Shown: positions 1-7,329 of the stretch, one piece after another
How the letters are laid out: the number at the start of each line of letters is the position of its first letter
How positions within the stretch are numbered: position 1 is the first letter of the stretch
Assembly: GCA_028820995.1 (NCBI GenBank)
Contig: JAPPHR010000111.1
Coordinates: 1-42,470, forward strand
Direction: 5' to 3'
DNA length: 42,470 nucleotides
Origin: Rhodospirillales bacterium
Lineage (GTDB): Bacteria; Pseudomonadota; Alphaproteobacteria; UBA828
Notes under the pieces: model-generated
Database searches by the model: none
What the model saw: the letters and a program-made list of their open reading frames with translations, nothing else
What the model was told of the DNA's origin: nothing
Program-made: the position numbers and the translations under genes

Positions 1-76
1 GGCACTGCGCCGCATGCAACGCAAACCACGCTTGGTCACGGCTTTCTGGAAACAGTCTTCTCTTTGCTTCGATTGA
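1..76 (+). CDS. Possible 3' end of an unidentified gene entering from the left (...ALRRMQRKPRLVTAFWKQSSLCFD*); frame hypothesis A
   Basis: Seven of the 10 differences between the repeat arms fall on one codon phase. In this frame they are synonymous (gca/gcg, cca/ccg, gtc/gtt, gct/gcc, aaa/aag), and a TGA lies at 74..76. The alternative antisense frame (minus strand, ATG at 117..115, MKSDSPIEPRIISRQSKQREDCFQKAVTKRGLRCMRRSA...) fits the same periodicity and cannot be excluded. Confidence 0.35.
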   Translation, partial: ALRRMQRKPRLVTAFWKQSSLCFD

Positions 77-100
77 CGGGATATTATGCGGGGCTCAATA
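1..100. repeat. Left arm of an imperfect inverted repeat of about 100 bp; the partner arm is 42371..42470
   Basis: Manual alignment of 1..100 with the reverse complement of 42371..42470 gives about 90 matches in 100 with no gaps. The longest exact runs are ctgcgccgcatgcaacgcaaacc and tcttctctttgcttcgattgacggg. Similarity stops abruptly at 100/42371. Confidence 0.85.
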
Positions 101-282
101 GGGCTGTCACTCTTCATTGGTCACCGGAACCCTCCCGCAAAGACGCTATGCCCAGCCCAAGAATCGGAGTACACAACCCACCGACGATGATGCCCAAGAA
201 ACGAAAGTAGTAGCTCCTTATACCGATGTCCCTTCGGAATGCTTGAGCGATCGATGATAGTAACAGAGATTATCGATGTAAG

Positions 283-1233
283 CTATTCTCTTTCCCTCCC
301 GACGGACGCTCTCTCCGCTCCGGCCGCCGTCGCCAGAACCCGCGACGGCAACGCGCGTCCGAGCTTGCTCGCCATGAACTCGGAGGCCCGACGAATGCCG
401 CCAAGTCGTACCCCGGATTCCACCCCCAGCCTGTCGAATAGGTAGAGCAGGTCCTCAGTCGCGACGTTGCCCATCGCGCCCGGCGCGTAGGGACATCCGC
501 CGAGCCCACCGGCGGAACTGTCGAAAGTAACGATTCCCATACACAGGGCCTGATAGACGTTTGCGATGGCCAAGCCGTAAGTGTCGTGGAAATGCATAGC
601 GAGACTCTCGGAGGGGCAGGACTTCAACAGTGCGGCTAAGGTGGTTTCCACTCTGTCCGGCGTGGCCACGCCGATTGTGTCTCCGATGGAAACTTCATCG
701 ACTCCGATTCCGAGCAGTTCTTCGGCAAGACCCACGACGATCGTGGCGTCGATCGCTCCTTCGTACGGACAGACCCAGGCCGTCGAGATGTACGCCCGTG
801 CCGAAATACTGTGTTTCGCCGCGCGGGCGACGACGGAACGGATTGCGTCGATTGACGCGCGGACACCCATGTTAATGTTCCTACAGTTGAAGGTTTCCGA
901 AGCTGCTGTGAGAACGCCGATCCTCGACACCCCGCACGCGATCGCGCGTTCCAGCCCGCGCATGTTCGGGACCACCGCCGAAATGTGCACGCCCGAGCGT
1001 CGTTCGACGAGACCTAGCAGCGCCTCCGCGTCGGCCAACTGCGGAATCCGATCCGGATGGGAAAAGGATGTGGCCTCGATGTCGGCGAGACCGGCATCGA
1101 TGAGAAGCCGTATGAATTCGGCTTTGACCGGCGTGGGAAACGTGTTCAGCTGGCTCTGCAGGCCGTCTCGCGGCCCGACCTCCACGATCCGTACATTTTT
1201 AGGAAGCGTAGGCGAAGTCATTTCTTCAGTCAC
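283..1233 (-). CDS. liuE: Hydroxymethylglutaryl-CoA lyase
   Basis: 316-aa ORF with the HMGL-like TIM-barrel hallmarks VEVGPRDGLQ, MHFHDTYGLAIAN and GGLGGCPYAPGAMGNVATEDL. The GTG start overlaps the stop of the upstream hydratase (GTGA). It sits in liu-cluster context. Confidence 0.92.
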   Translation of the reverse strand: MTEEMTSPTLPKNVRIVEVGPRDGLQSQLNTFPTPVKAEFIRLLIDAGLADIEATSFSHPDRIPQLADAEALLGLVERRSGVHISAVVPNMRGLERAIACGVSRIGVLTAASETFNCRNINMGVRASIDAIRSVVARAAKHSISARAYISTAWVCPYEGAIDATIVVGLAEELLGIGVDEVSIGDTIGVATPDRVETTLAALLKSCPSESLAMHFHDTYGLAIANVYQALCMGIVTFDSSAGGLGGCPYAPGAMGNVATEDLLYLFDRLGVESGVRLGGIRRASEFMASKLGRALPSRVLATAAGAERASVGRERE

Positions 1234-1998
1234 GGGCGAGAACGACGTTCGAGAAAGGCCGCCATTCCGGACTGGCCTTCCTCCGTCATCCGGGCCTCAG
1301 CTAGGGTGTGCACAGCGTACTCAATGGACTCGTCGAATGGTTTTTTTTCGGCCTCGGCGATCAGAGTCTTGGTCCAAGCGATAGCTCCAGGCGCCACGGA
1401 CAGGGTGGATTCGATCTTTTCATAGATCCTCCGGTCCAGAGCCGGGAGGTCCGGCGCGACACTGTGAACTAGGCCGATTCCAAAAGCCGTGGCGGCGGAG
1501 AAACGCTCGCCCGTGAGCATGTATTCACGCGCTCGCCCGGCACCGATTCCGGCTACGATCCATGGGGAAATGACGGCGGCGATAACGCCCAGACGGACCT
1601 CGGTGAACCCGAACGAGGCCGACTCTACGGCGAGCGCAATATCGACGGCTGCGACGAGGCCAGACCCGCCTCCGAGCGTGGCGCCGTGAACGCTGGCAAT
1701 TATCGGCTTCGGACACAGCGCGATTGCGGGAAACATATCCGAATGTACTTGGCCTCCGCGAAGTTTTCTTCGTAAGTGAAGTCGATCATCCTGCGCATCC
1801 AGTTCAGGTCGGCACCCGCCGAGAACGATTTTTCATGTCCTTCAAGGACAACAACGAGTACGGAGTCACGACGGCCGACATCTTCGAATGCCCAGCGGAT
1901 GCGTTCCACCATCTCCCGGTCGAAAGCGTTCTGGACTTGGGGACGGTTGAGAGTTACGTCGGCGACAGGGCCTTCGCTTCGGTGCGAGTTTCAACCAT
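1230..1998 (-). pseudogene. liuC: Enoyl-CoA hydratase / methylglutaconyl-CoA hydratase (crotonase fold) interrupted by two 1-nt frameshifts
   Basis: The crotonase sequence is split over three frames: MVETRTEAK (ATG at 1998), then GPVADVTLNRPQVQNAFDREMVERI...SFSAGADLNWM...AEAKYI, then DMFPAIALCPKPIIASVHGATLGGG...ERRSRP*. The frame changes lie near 1966-1977 and 1734-1747. The length is 769 nt, which becomes 771 nt (257 codons) if two bases are restored. Confidence 0.8.
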
Positions 1999-2063
1999 GG
2001 CAAACCGCCGGAACAGGTCACTCGCTCAGCTTCGATTCATGTACTAGTGGGAATTGTCCCCTC

Positions 2064-3647
2064 TCACATACGGAAAACGCCGAATCGCGTCTCTTCCGGC
2101 TCCCGGTTCATGGCAGCGGATATACCCACCGCCAGAACCCTTCGGGTGTCGAGGGGATCGATCACGCCGTCGTCCCAAAGGCGCGCGGTGCTGTAGTAGA
2201 CGTTACCCTCCTGTTTATATCTCTCGATCGTGGGACGAATGAAGTCCTTTTGTTCCTCATCGGTCATGTCGCGTCCCTCGCTCCGCATTCTATCCATCTT
2301 GACGCGTAGGAGCACCTGGGCTGCCTGGTCTCCGCCCATGACGGAGATTTTTGCGTTGGGCCACATCCAGAGCTGGCGCGGCCGATAGGCGCGGCCGCAC
2401 ATGGCATAGTTGCCAGCGCCGTAAGAACCCCCGATGATCACTGTGAACTTGGGCACGGCCGCGTTGGCCACGGCATTCACCATCTTTGCACCGTCTTTGG
2501 TGATGCCGCGATGCTCGAACTGCTTTCCTACCATGAAACCCGGAACGTTCTGGAGAAAGACGATGGGGACACCCCTCTGGCAGCACAACGAGACGAAGTG
2601 TGTCCCCTTGAAAGCGCTTTCCGAAAAAAGCACGCCGTTATTGGCCAGGATTCCCACGGGATAGCCTTCGATCCTGGCGAATCCGCAGACGAGCGTCCTG
2701 CCGTAGAGCGCCTTGAACTCCTGAAATTCGCTCCGATCGACGATACGCAGGATGACTTCGCGCACGCCGAAGCTTCGCCGGGTGTCCGTCGGAATGATTT
2801 CATAAAGTTCGGACGGGTCTTCGCGCGGAGCTTCGGGGTCGACGGCTCGAAGCCCATGCTTCTCAGGGCGCGGGAGAGACAGAAAGATGTCGCGCACGAC
2901 CCGCAACGCGTCGGCATCGTCCTTGGCATAGTGGTCGGCAACTCCGGAAATCCGGCAGTGAACGTCCGCCCCTCCGAGTTCCTCTGCAGTGACATCCCGG
3001 CCCGTTGCCGCCTTCACGAGCGGCGGTCCGCCCAGAAATATCGTGCCTTGGTTCTTGACGATGACGGCTTCGTCGCTCATCGCGGGGACGTAGGCGCCAC
3101 CGGCCGTACAGGAGCCCAGAACTGCAGCCACTTGGTAGATGCCCGCGGCTGACATGCGAGCCTGGTTATAGAAGATCGCGCCGAAGTGATCCCGATCCGG
3201 AAACACCTCCGCCTGCAGGGGGAGGAACGCGCCGCCTGAATCCACCAGATACACGCACGGGAGGTGGTTTTCGAACGCAACCTCCTGCGCCCGCAGATGC
3301 TTCTTTACGGTCATGGGGAAATAGGTTCCGCCCTTGACCGTGGCGTCGTTGGCCGCGACGACGACCTCGCGTCCGTGAATCTGTCCAATTCCGGTGACGA
3401 TTCCAGCCGACGGCGCGCTACCGTCGTACATCCCGTCGGCAGCCAAAGCGCCCAGTTCCAGAAACTCCGCTCCAGGATCGAACAGGTGCTCAATGCGTTC
3501 GCGGACGAACATACGGCCGCTCTTCCGGTGACGCTCGATGCGCTCGACTCCTCCCCCCTGCCGGACGTGCTCCAGTTTCATATGGAGTTCGGCCACCAGC
3601 GTTTCCATAGCCCGCCGGTTGGTTTCCAGATGGGGGTTGGTTTTCAT
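2064..3647 (-). CDS. liuB: Methylcrotonyl-CoA carboxylase beta (carboxyltransferase) subunit
   Basis: 527-aa intact ORF with acyl-CoA carboxyltransferase domains throughout ([22 protein letters not shown]..., [50 protein letters not shown]). It lies between the ivd remnant and the hydratase. Confidence 0.9.
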   Translation of the reverse strand: MKTNPHLETNRRAMETLVAELHMKLEHVRQGGGVERIERHRKSGRMFVRERIEHLFDPGAEFLELGALAADGMYDGSAPSAGIVTGIGQIHGREVVVAANDATVKGGTYFPMTVKKHLRAQEVAFENHLPCVYLVDSGGAFLPLQAEVFPDRDHFGAIFYNQARMSAAGIYQVAAVLGSCTAGGAYVPAMSDEAVIVKNQGTIFLGGPPLVKAATGRDVTAEELGGADVHCRISGVADHYAKDDADALRVVRDIFLSLPRPEKHGLRAVDPEAPREDPSELYEIIPTDTRRSFGVREVILRIVDRSEFQEFKALYGRTLVCGFARIEGYPVGILANNGVLFSESAFKGTHFVSLCCQRGVPIVFLQNVPGFMVGKQFEHRGITKDGAKMVNAVANAAVPKFTVIIGGSYGAGNYAMCGRAYRPRQLWMWPNAKISVMGGDQAAQVLLRVKMDRMRSEGRDMTDEEQKDFIRPTIERYKQEGNVYYSTARLWDDGVIDPLDTRRVLAVGISAAMNREPEETRFGVFRM

Positions 3648-3664
3648 AACTGGCGCTGGATTTC

Positions 3665-4340
3665 TCAGGCGATCACGATCCGCTGGATCTTACTCGTTCC
3701 TTCGCCGATCGTGCACTGCTTCACGTCTCTGTAGAATTTCTCAGCGGGGAAGTTCTTGACATAGCCGTAGCTGCCCATTATCTGCACGCATTCGTTAGCG
3801 GCGCGGACAGCGGCCTCGCTGGCAAAAAGCTTCGCCAGCGACAACTCCATAATTGTCTTTTTTACCTGATCCTTGAGTAGCCGAAGTTCATTGAAAGCCA
3901 TTATAGCCAGGAGTTTGCATTGTTTCGGCGGGCCGGGCAGCGCGCCGCCGCCGTAGAATCCCAATCATGTCCGGATCGTGCCGTCCGTCCAGCCATCCGG
4001 CACGTAGCCGTCGACAAAGACTAGCCTTCCAGTTACCAGGGAGTTCATGGCGTTCGACATCGCCAGACCCAGCGTGGTGGCCAGCAGGAATCCGCGCCGC
4101 TCCAACCCCAGAATCGTCAATGGCCGGTTCAGTGCACGAAAGCTGCTTCCAGGCGACGAACCGGCCTGCCGAAGGGCTATATTGCGGTGCCTGAGATCGA
4201 CGTCCGGGTGCCGGGCGCGGCCGAGGTCGAAGCGTGGGTGCACAGTCCCGTGGTGGGCCAGTTGATCCAGATGCGCCTCGGTCGGAGGATAGTCCTGACG
4301 CAAACTCGGCCCCAGCCCCGTTCCACAAGTATATTTTTTC
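3665..4340 (-). pseudogene. liuA: Isovaleryl-CoA / acyl-CoA dehydrogenase remnant, 5'-truncated and frameshifted
   Basis: The C-terminal 85 codons or so are well preserved ([60 protein letters not shown]). Upstream ACAD-like pieces are spread over other frames (NIALRQAGSSPGSSFRALNRPLTILGLERRGFLLATTLGLAMSNA; ILVERGWG). Roughly 140-150 N-terminal codons are missing, because the + strand NusG-like gene starts at 4436. Confidence 0.7.
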
Positions 4341-4435
4341 GCGCTTGCAATAAGCTCATGTGTTCTGATACCATCACCAACTATTTTTGCCGGTGTGGCA
4401 GACTGCTGGGAGGGCGAAGCTGTAACAGCGGGTTT
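4321..4435 (+). promoter_or_regulatory. AT-rich junction and likely promoter region upstream of the NusG paralog
   Basis: There is a local drop in GC (ttccacaagtatattttttcgcgcttgcaataagctcatgtgttctgataccatcaccaactatttttgcc). A TTGCAA hexamer lies at 4345..4350 and a TATATT hexamer at 4330..4335, but no convincingly spaced -35/-10 pair is present. Confidence 0.25.
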
Positions 4436-4960
4436 ATGGACCTTTGGCGTACGGAAAACTGGTTTGCGGTGTACACCAAGGCGTCTCAGGAGGAGTTGGC
4501 CGCGCGGAACATAGCGCGGCTCGGAATCGACGTCTTCGTCCCGAAAAGACTCGGCAAGAAGCGTGTCTGGAGGGTTTTCCACCCTATACTCAAGCCGCTG
4601 TTTCCCCGGTACGTGTTCGCCCGTTTTCGCCCGGATGTCCACCTGCATTCCATCAGGTACGCGCGGGGCGTTAGCTACGTGGTCCTTTTCGGAGATCTAC
4701 CGCTGCCCGTCGATGAGCGCATCATTCACGAGATTCAATCGAGGGTCAATTCCGAGGGATACGTCAGGTTGGATTCCGCGGCGTTCCGCAAAGGAGATCG
4801 CGTGCGGGTCGCGGAAGGTACGTTTCGTGGACTGACAGGGATGTTCGAGAGGGAGCTCAACAATCAGGATCGGGTGGTGCTGCTGCTCGATACGATCGAG
4901 TTTCAAGCGAGAGTCCTGGTCGAGAAACAGGGTTTCGAGCTGGCGCGAGCAGCGGTTTGA
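4436..4960 (+). CDS. Specialised NusG-family transcription antitermination factor (RfaH/LoaP/TaA/UpxY-like NGN+KOW paralog)
   Basis: 174 aa. NGN domain: WFAVYTKASQEELAARNIARLGIDVFVPK...PLFPRYVFARF. KOW domain: FRKGDRVRVAEGTFRGLTGMFERELNNQDRVVLLLD. It is not in a secE-nusG-rplK context. The in-frame ATG at 4358 would add a Cys-rich extension that looks unlikely. Confidence 0.85.
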   Translation: MDLWRTENWFAVYTKASQEELAARNIARLGIDVFVPKRLGKKRVWRVFHPILKPLFPRYVFARFRPDVHLHSIRYARGVSYVVLFGDLPLPVDERIIHEIQSRVNSEGYVRLDSAAFRKGDRVRVAEGTFRGLTGMFERELNNQDRVVLLLDTIEFQARVLVEKQGFELARAAV

Positions 4961-5020
4961 TCGTGCCACTGTCGATCGTGAGACGGAGAAGAACCGACGC
5001 TGCCGGCCCATGGGTCGAAA

Positions 5021-5032
5021 TGGCGGTAGCGC
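5021..5032 (+). promoter_or_regulatory. ops-like element GGCGGTAGCGCG in the leader downstream of the NusG paralog
   Basis: The full 8-nt ops core GGCGGTAG is present, and 11 of 12 positions match E. coli ops GGCGGTAGCGTG. It lies on the coding (non-template) strand, 61 nt after the NusG-paralog stop and 134 nt before the next gene. It is embedded in the palindrome GGCGGtagcgcgCCGCC. By eye this is the only GGCGGTAG in the window. Confidence 0.5.
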
Positions 5033-5165
5033 GCCGCCTACCCAGCTCGGGTCGAGCGTTCCGAGGCAAGCATCAGTAAGCGCATCGACCTGGACAGGCG
5101 CCCCTGTGGACCGGCAGTACGGGCCACTCCTTGTCGTACGGTGAGAGTTCCGGTCAGAGAGTGAA

Positions 5166-5984
5166 GTGACAGTGAACCTTCGCGACGTCTTCGGCACCTC
5201 AAAGCCGATCATCGGGATGATCAACCTCCTGCCGTTGCAGACGTATCCGAACTATCCCGGCATGGATTGCGTGCTGGAGGCGGCTCTGACCGACGCTCGG
5301 GCGCTGATCGAAGGGGGAATCGACGGGCTCCTGGTGGAGAACACCTTCAGTTTTCCTATCGATTCTGTGATCGAGCCCCATCTCGGCGCCGCGATGGCGA
5401 TCTGTACACACGAAGTGGTGAAAGCGTCGAGTGTTCCAGTGGGCGTTGTGGTGAACATGGAACCGGGGGACAGAACATCGCTGGGCGTGGCGGTCGCGGC
5501 CGGAGCGCGCTTCATTCGTTCGGTCAGCTTCAACGAGGCCGTGCTGACCTCGTTCGGCGTCTTTCAGGGCCTGCCGGGCGAGATGACGCGCTATCGCGCG
5601 CGTTTGGGGGCCTCCGATATTGCGGTGCTGGCCGACATTCAAGTGAAGTACACCACCATGATGGCCGAGCGCTCGCTCGAGCTTTCCGCTCAAGGGGCCG
5701 CCATGTCGGGCGTCGATGCGATCGTGGTGACCGGTCAGGTCACGGGTAACGCGCCGCCGGTGGAGACGGCCGCGCGTGCGAAGAACGCGGTCCGCAAGAC
5801 ACCGGTCATCATCGGCAGCGGCTTGGACATCGACAACGCTTCGGAATTGCTCTCCGTGGCCGACGGAGCCATCGTCGGCTCGTATTTCAAGAAAGACGGA
5901 GTCTACGCCAACCCCGTGGATCTCGAGAAGGTGCGACACGTGGCGGAAACGGCGCGCCGCCTCGAAAAAGCAGAGCGCGCATAA
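5166..5984 (+). CDS. BtpA/SgcQ-family TIM-barrel protein
   Basis: 272 aa. KPIIGMINLLPLQTYPNYPG...ALIEGGIDGLLVENTFSFP matches the BtpA-family N-terminal pattern. The start is GTG at 5166 (alternative GTG at 5172). Confidence 0.75.
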   Translation: MTVNLRDVFGTSKPIIGMINLLPLQTYPNYPGMDCVLEAALTDARALIEGGIDGLLVENTFSFPIDSVIEPHLGAAMAICTHEVVKASSVPVGVVVNMEPGDRTSLGVAVAAGARFIRSVSFNEAVLTSFGVFQGLPGEMTRYRARLGASDIAVLADIQVKYTTMMAERSLELSAQGAAMSGVDAIVVTGQVTGNAPPVETAARAKNAVRKTPVIIGSGLDIDNASELLSVADGAIVGSYFKKDGVYANPVDLEKVRHVAETARRLEKAERA

Positions 5985-5987
5985 GAT

Positions 5988-6683
5988 ATGCCGAAGACCT
6001 TGCCCGCCAGTCCGGATCCCGGCCGCCCTTACATCGTGATCATGTCCGCCGTCACACTCGACGGCAAGTTGACCGTCGGCCGCGGCGTCACGAGCGGCTC
6101 GCTCGGCGCGTTCGTCACGTACGAGGTCGTCGAGTTCCTGCACGACATGCGCGCTTCGGTCGATGCCGTGATGGTCGGCGGAAATACGATCGTGATCGAC
6201 AATCCGAGCCTGACGGTTCGGGCCGTCGACGGACGGAGCCCCGTGCGCGTCATTGTCGACCCCGAGGGCGCGGTTCCGCTGGAATCCAAGGTGTTTCATG
6301 ACAAGCAGGCGCCGACCATCGTAGCGGTCGCGAGCGAGACCGCCGACGAACGGAGAGCGGCGCTCCGAGATCTGGGCGTGAAGGTGGTGGTCGCTGGCGA
6401 CGGCAAGTTCGTGAATGTCGAGGTCTTGGTCAGAGCGCTGGCGAGGGAGGGAATCCGGTCCCTGCTGATCGAAGGGGGCGCGACGCTGAACTGGTTGACG
6501 ATTTCATCCGGCTTGGTGGACGAGTTGCAGATCATCAAACTCCCGATCGTGATCGGGGATCGGGGCTCACCGGGCTTTGCCGAGACTCCGGGAGGTGTCG
6601 AGGCGGCTCCCGCGAAGCTGGAGTGTACGCGGACGGAACGGCTGGGAAACTGCATGGTCCTGTATTGCCGGCGCACAGAATAG
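5988..6683 (+). CDS. RibD C-terminal-domain reductase (stand-alone diaminohydroxyphosphoribosylaminopyrimidine reductase-like / DHFR-fold)
   Basis: 231 aa. YIVIMSAVTLDGKLT, DAVMVGGNTIVIDNPSLTVR and SLLIEGGATLNWL are typical of RibD_C. It starts 3 nt after the BtpA stop. Confidence 0.8.
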   Translation: MPKTLPASPDPGRPYIVIMSAVTLDGKLTVGRGVTSGSLGAFVTYEVVEFLHDMRASVDAVMVGGNTIVIDNPSLTVRAVDGRSPVRVIVDPEGAVPLESKVFHDKQAPTIVAVASETADERRAALRDLGVKVVVAGDGKFVNVEVLVRALAREGIRSLLIEGGATLNWLTISSGLVDELQIIKLPIVIGDRGSPGFAETPGGVEAAPAKLECTRTERLGNCMVLYCRRTE

Positions 6684-6712
6684 GAGGGCTTCGAGGGAGC
6701 AGAGGAAAGACA

Positions 6713-7291
6713 ATGGCCTTCACCCGCATGGATCAGCTCACGGCCGGCATGGCCGACATTGACGTAATCGGCGATGCGCTCGCGAAGCGTCAGGCGGACA
6801 TGCCCGAGGTGATCCGGGGAATGCTCCGACAGCTCGCCTCGCATCAGGACGGGTTTCCGGTCGATCAGCTCGAACATTCCCTCCAGACCGCGACGCGCGC
6901 GGAGCGAGCCGGCGCGTCGGAAGAAATGATCGTCGCTTCCCTTTGCCACGACATCGGCAAAGCCGTTTCCGAGGTCAACCATGCGGCGATCAGCGCGGAG
7001 ATCCTGCGGCCGTTCGCTTCCACGGAAACGTACGAAATCATCCGCACGCACCAGGATTTTCAAGGGAAATACGTATATGCCTTCATGGGAAAGGATCCGG
7101 ACGCTCGTGAGCGATACGCGGACCGGCCTTGGTATCGATTGGCGTGCCAGTTCGCGGACGCTTGGGATCAAGCCGCTTTCGACCCGAATTACGACAGCTA
7201 TTCGCTGGAGCATTTCGGCCCCATGATCGATCGGGTTTTCGCGTCACCCAGACGTGATGTCCAGTCGTGGAGCGATTGCAATCGATTCTGA
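6713..7291 (+). CDS. HD-domain metal-dependent protein (COG4341-like, the family that contains PhnZ/TmpB-type diiron oxygenases)
   Basis: 192 aa. H...HD motif: LEHSLQTATRAERAGASEEMIVASLCHDIGK. C-terminal motif: FADAWDQAAFDPNYDSYSLEHF. RBS agaggaaaga lies upstream of the ATG at 6713. Confidence 0.7.
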   Translation: MAFTRMDQLTAGMADIDVIGDALAKRQADMPEVIRGMLRQLASHQDGFPVDQLEHSLQTATRAERAGASEEMIVASLCHDIGKAVSEVNHAAISAEILRPFASTETYEIIRTHQDFQGKYVYAFMGKDPDARERYADRPWYRLACQFADAWDQAAFDPNYDSYSLEHFGPMIDRVFASPRRDVQSWSDCNRF

Positions 7292-7329
7292 CGATCCAAC
7301 TGGGTGGCGACAGAGGAAGGAGACAACAC

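Noticed and set aside
1-100. Terminal inverted repeats as an assembly fold-back or chimeric artefact.
   Set aside because: The arms differ at 10 of 100 positions, and the differences show codon-phase periodicity. That indicates two diverged genomic copies rather than one sequence assembled twice. Read-level confirmation is still advisable.
121-200. Small hydrophobic minus-strand ORF (...YYFRFLGIIVGGLCTPILGLGIASLREGSGDQ*) whose TGA overlaps the ATG at 117 (ATGA).
   Set aside because: It has no canonical start with a properly spaced RBS: AAGGAG is 16 nt from the only TTG. It matters only if the outward frame of the terminal repeat is the real one, so the support is too weak to annotate.
4961-5165. 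Possible FMN (RFN) riboswitch upstream of the RibD_C-containing operon. Fragments resemble RFN pieces (gggtcgaaatggcggtagcgcgccgc; gaccggcagtacgggcc).
   Set aside because: The conserved RFN core (GGGGCAGGGTGAAATTCCC.ACCGGCGGTA and ACCGACAGT.AAGTCTGGATG) is not present. A closing P1 helix cannot be drawn convincingly. The GGCGGTAG match is better explained as an ops-like element.
5199-6299. Long antisense ORFs opposite the annotated genes, for example 5199..6299(-), 7198..8871(-), 8935..10158(-), 10685..12271(-), 14386..15921(-), 18353..19684(-), 20942..22378(-), 24575..25732(-), 36417..37754(-) and 37764..38852(-).
   Set aside because: These are typical shadow ORFs of GC-rich DNA. Their translations are Arg/Gly/His/Pro-rich with no recognisable domains. 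Each fully overlaps a sense-strand ORF with clear family motifs.
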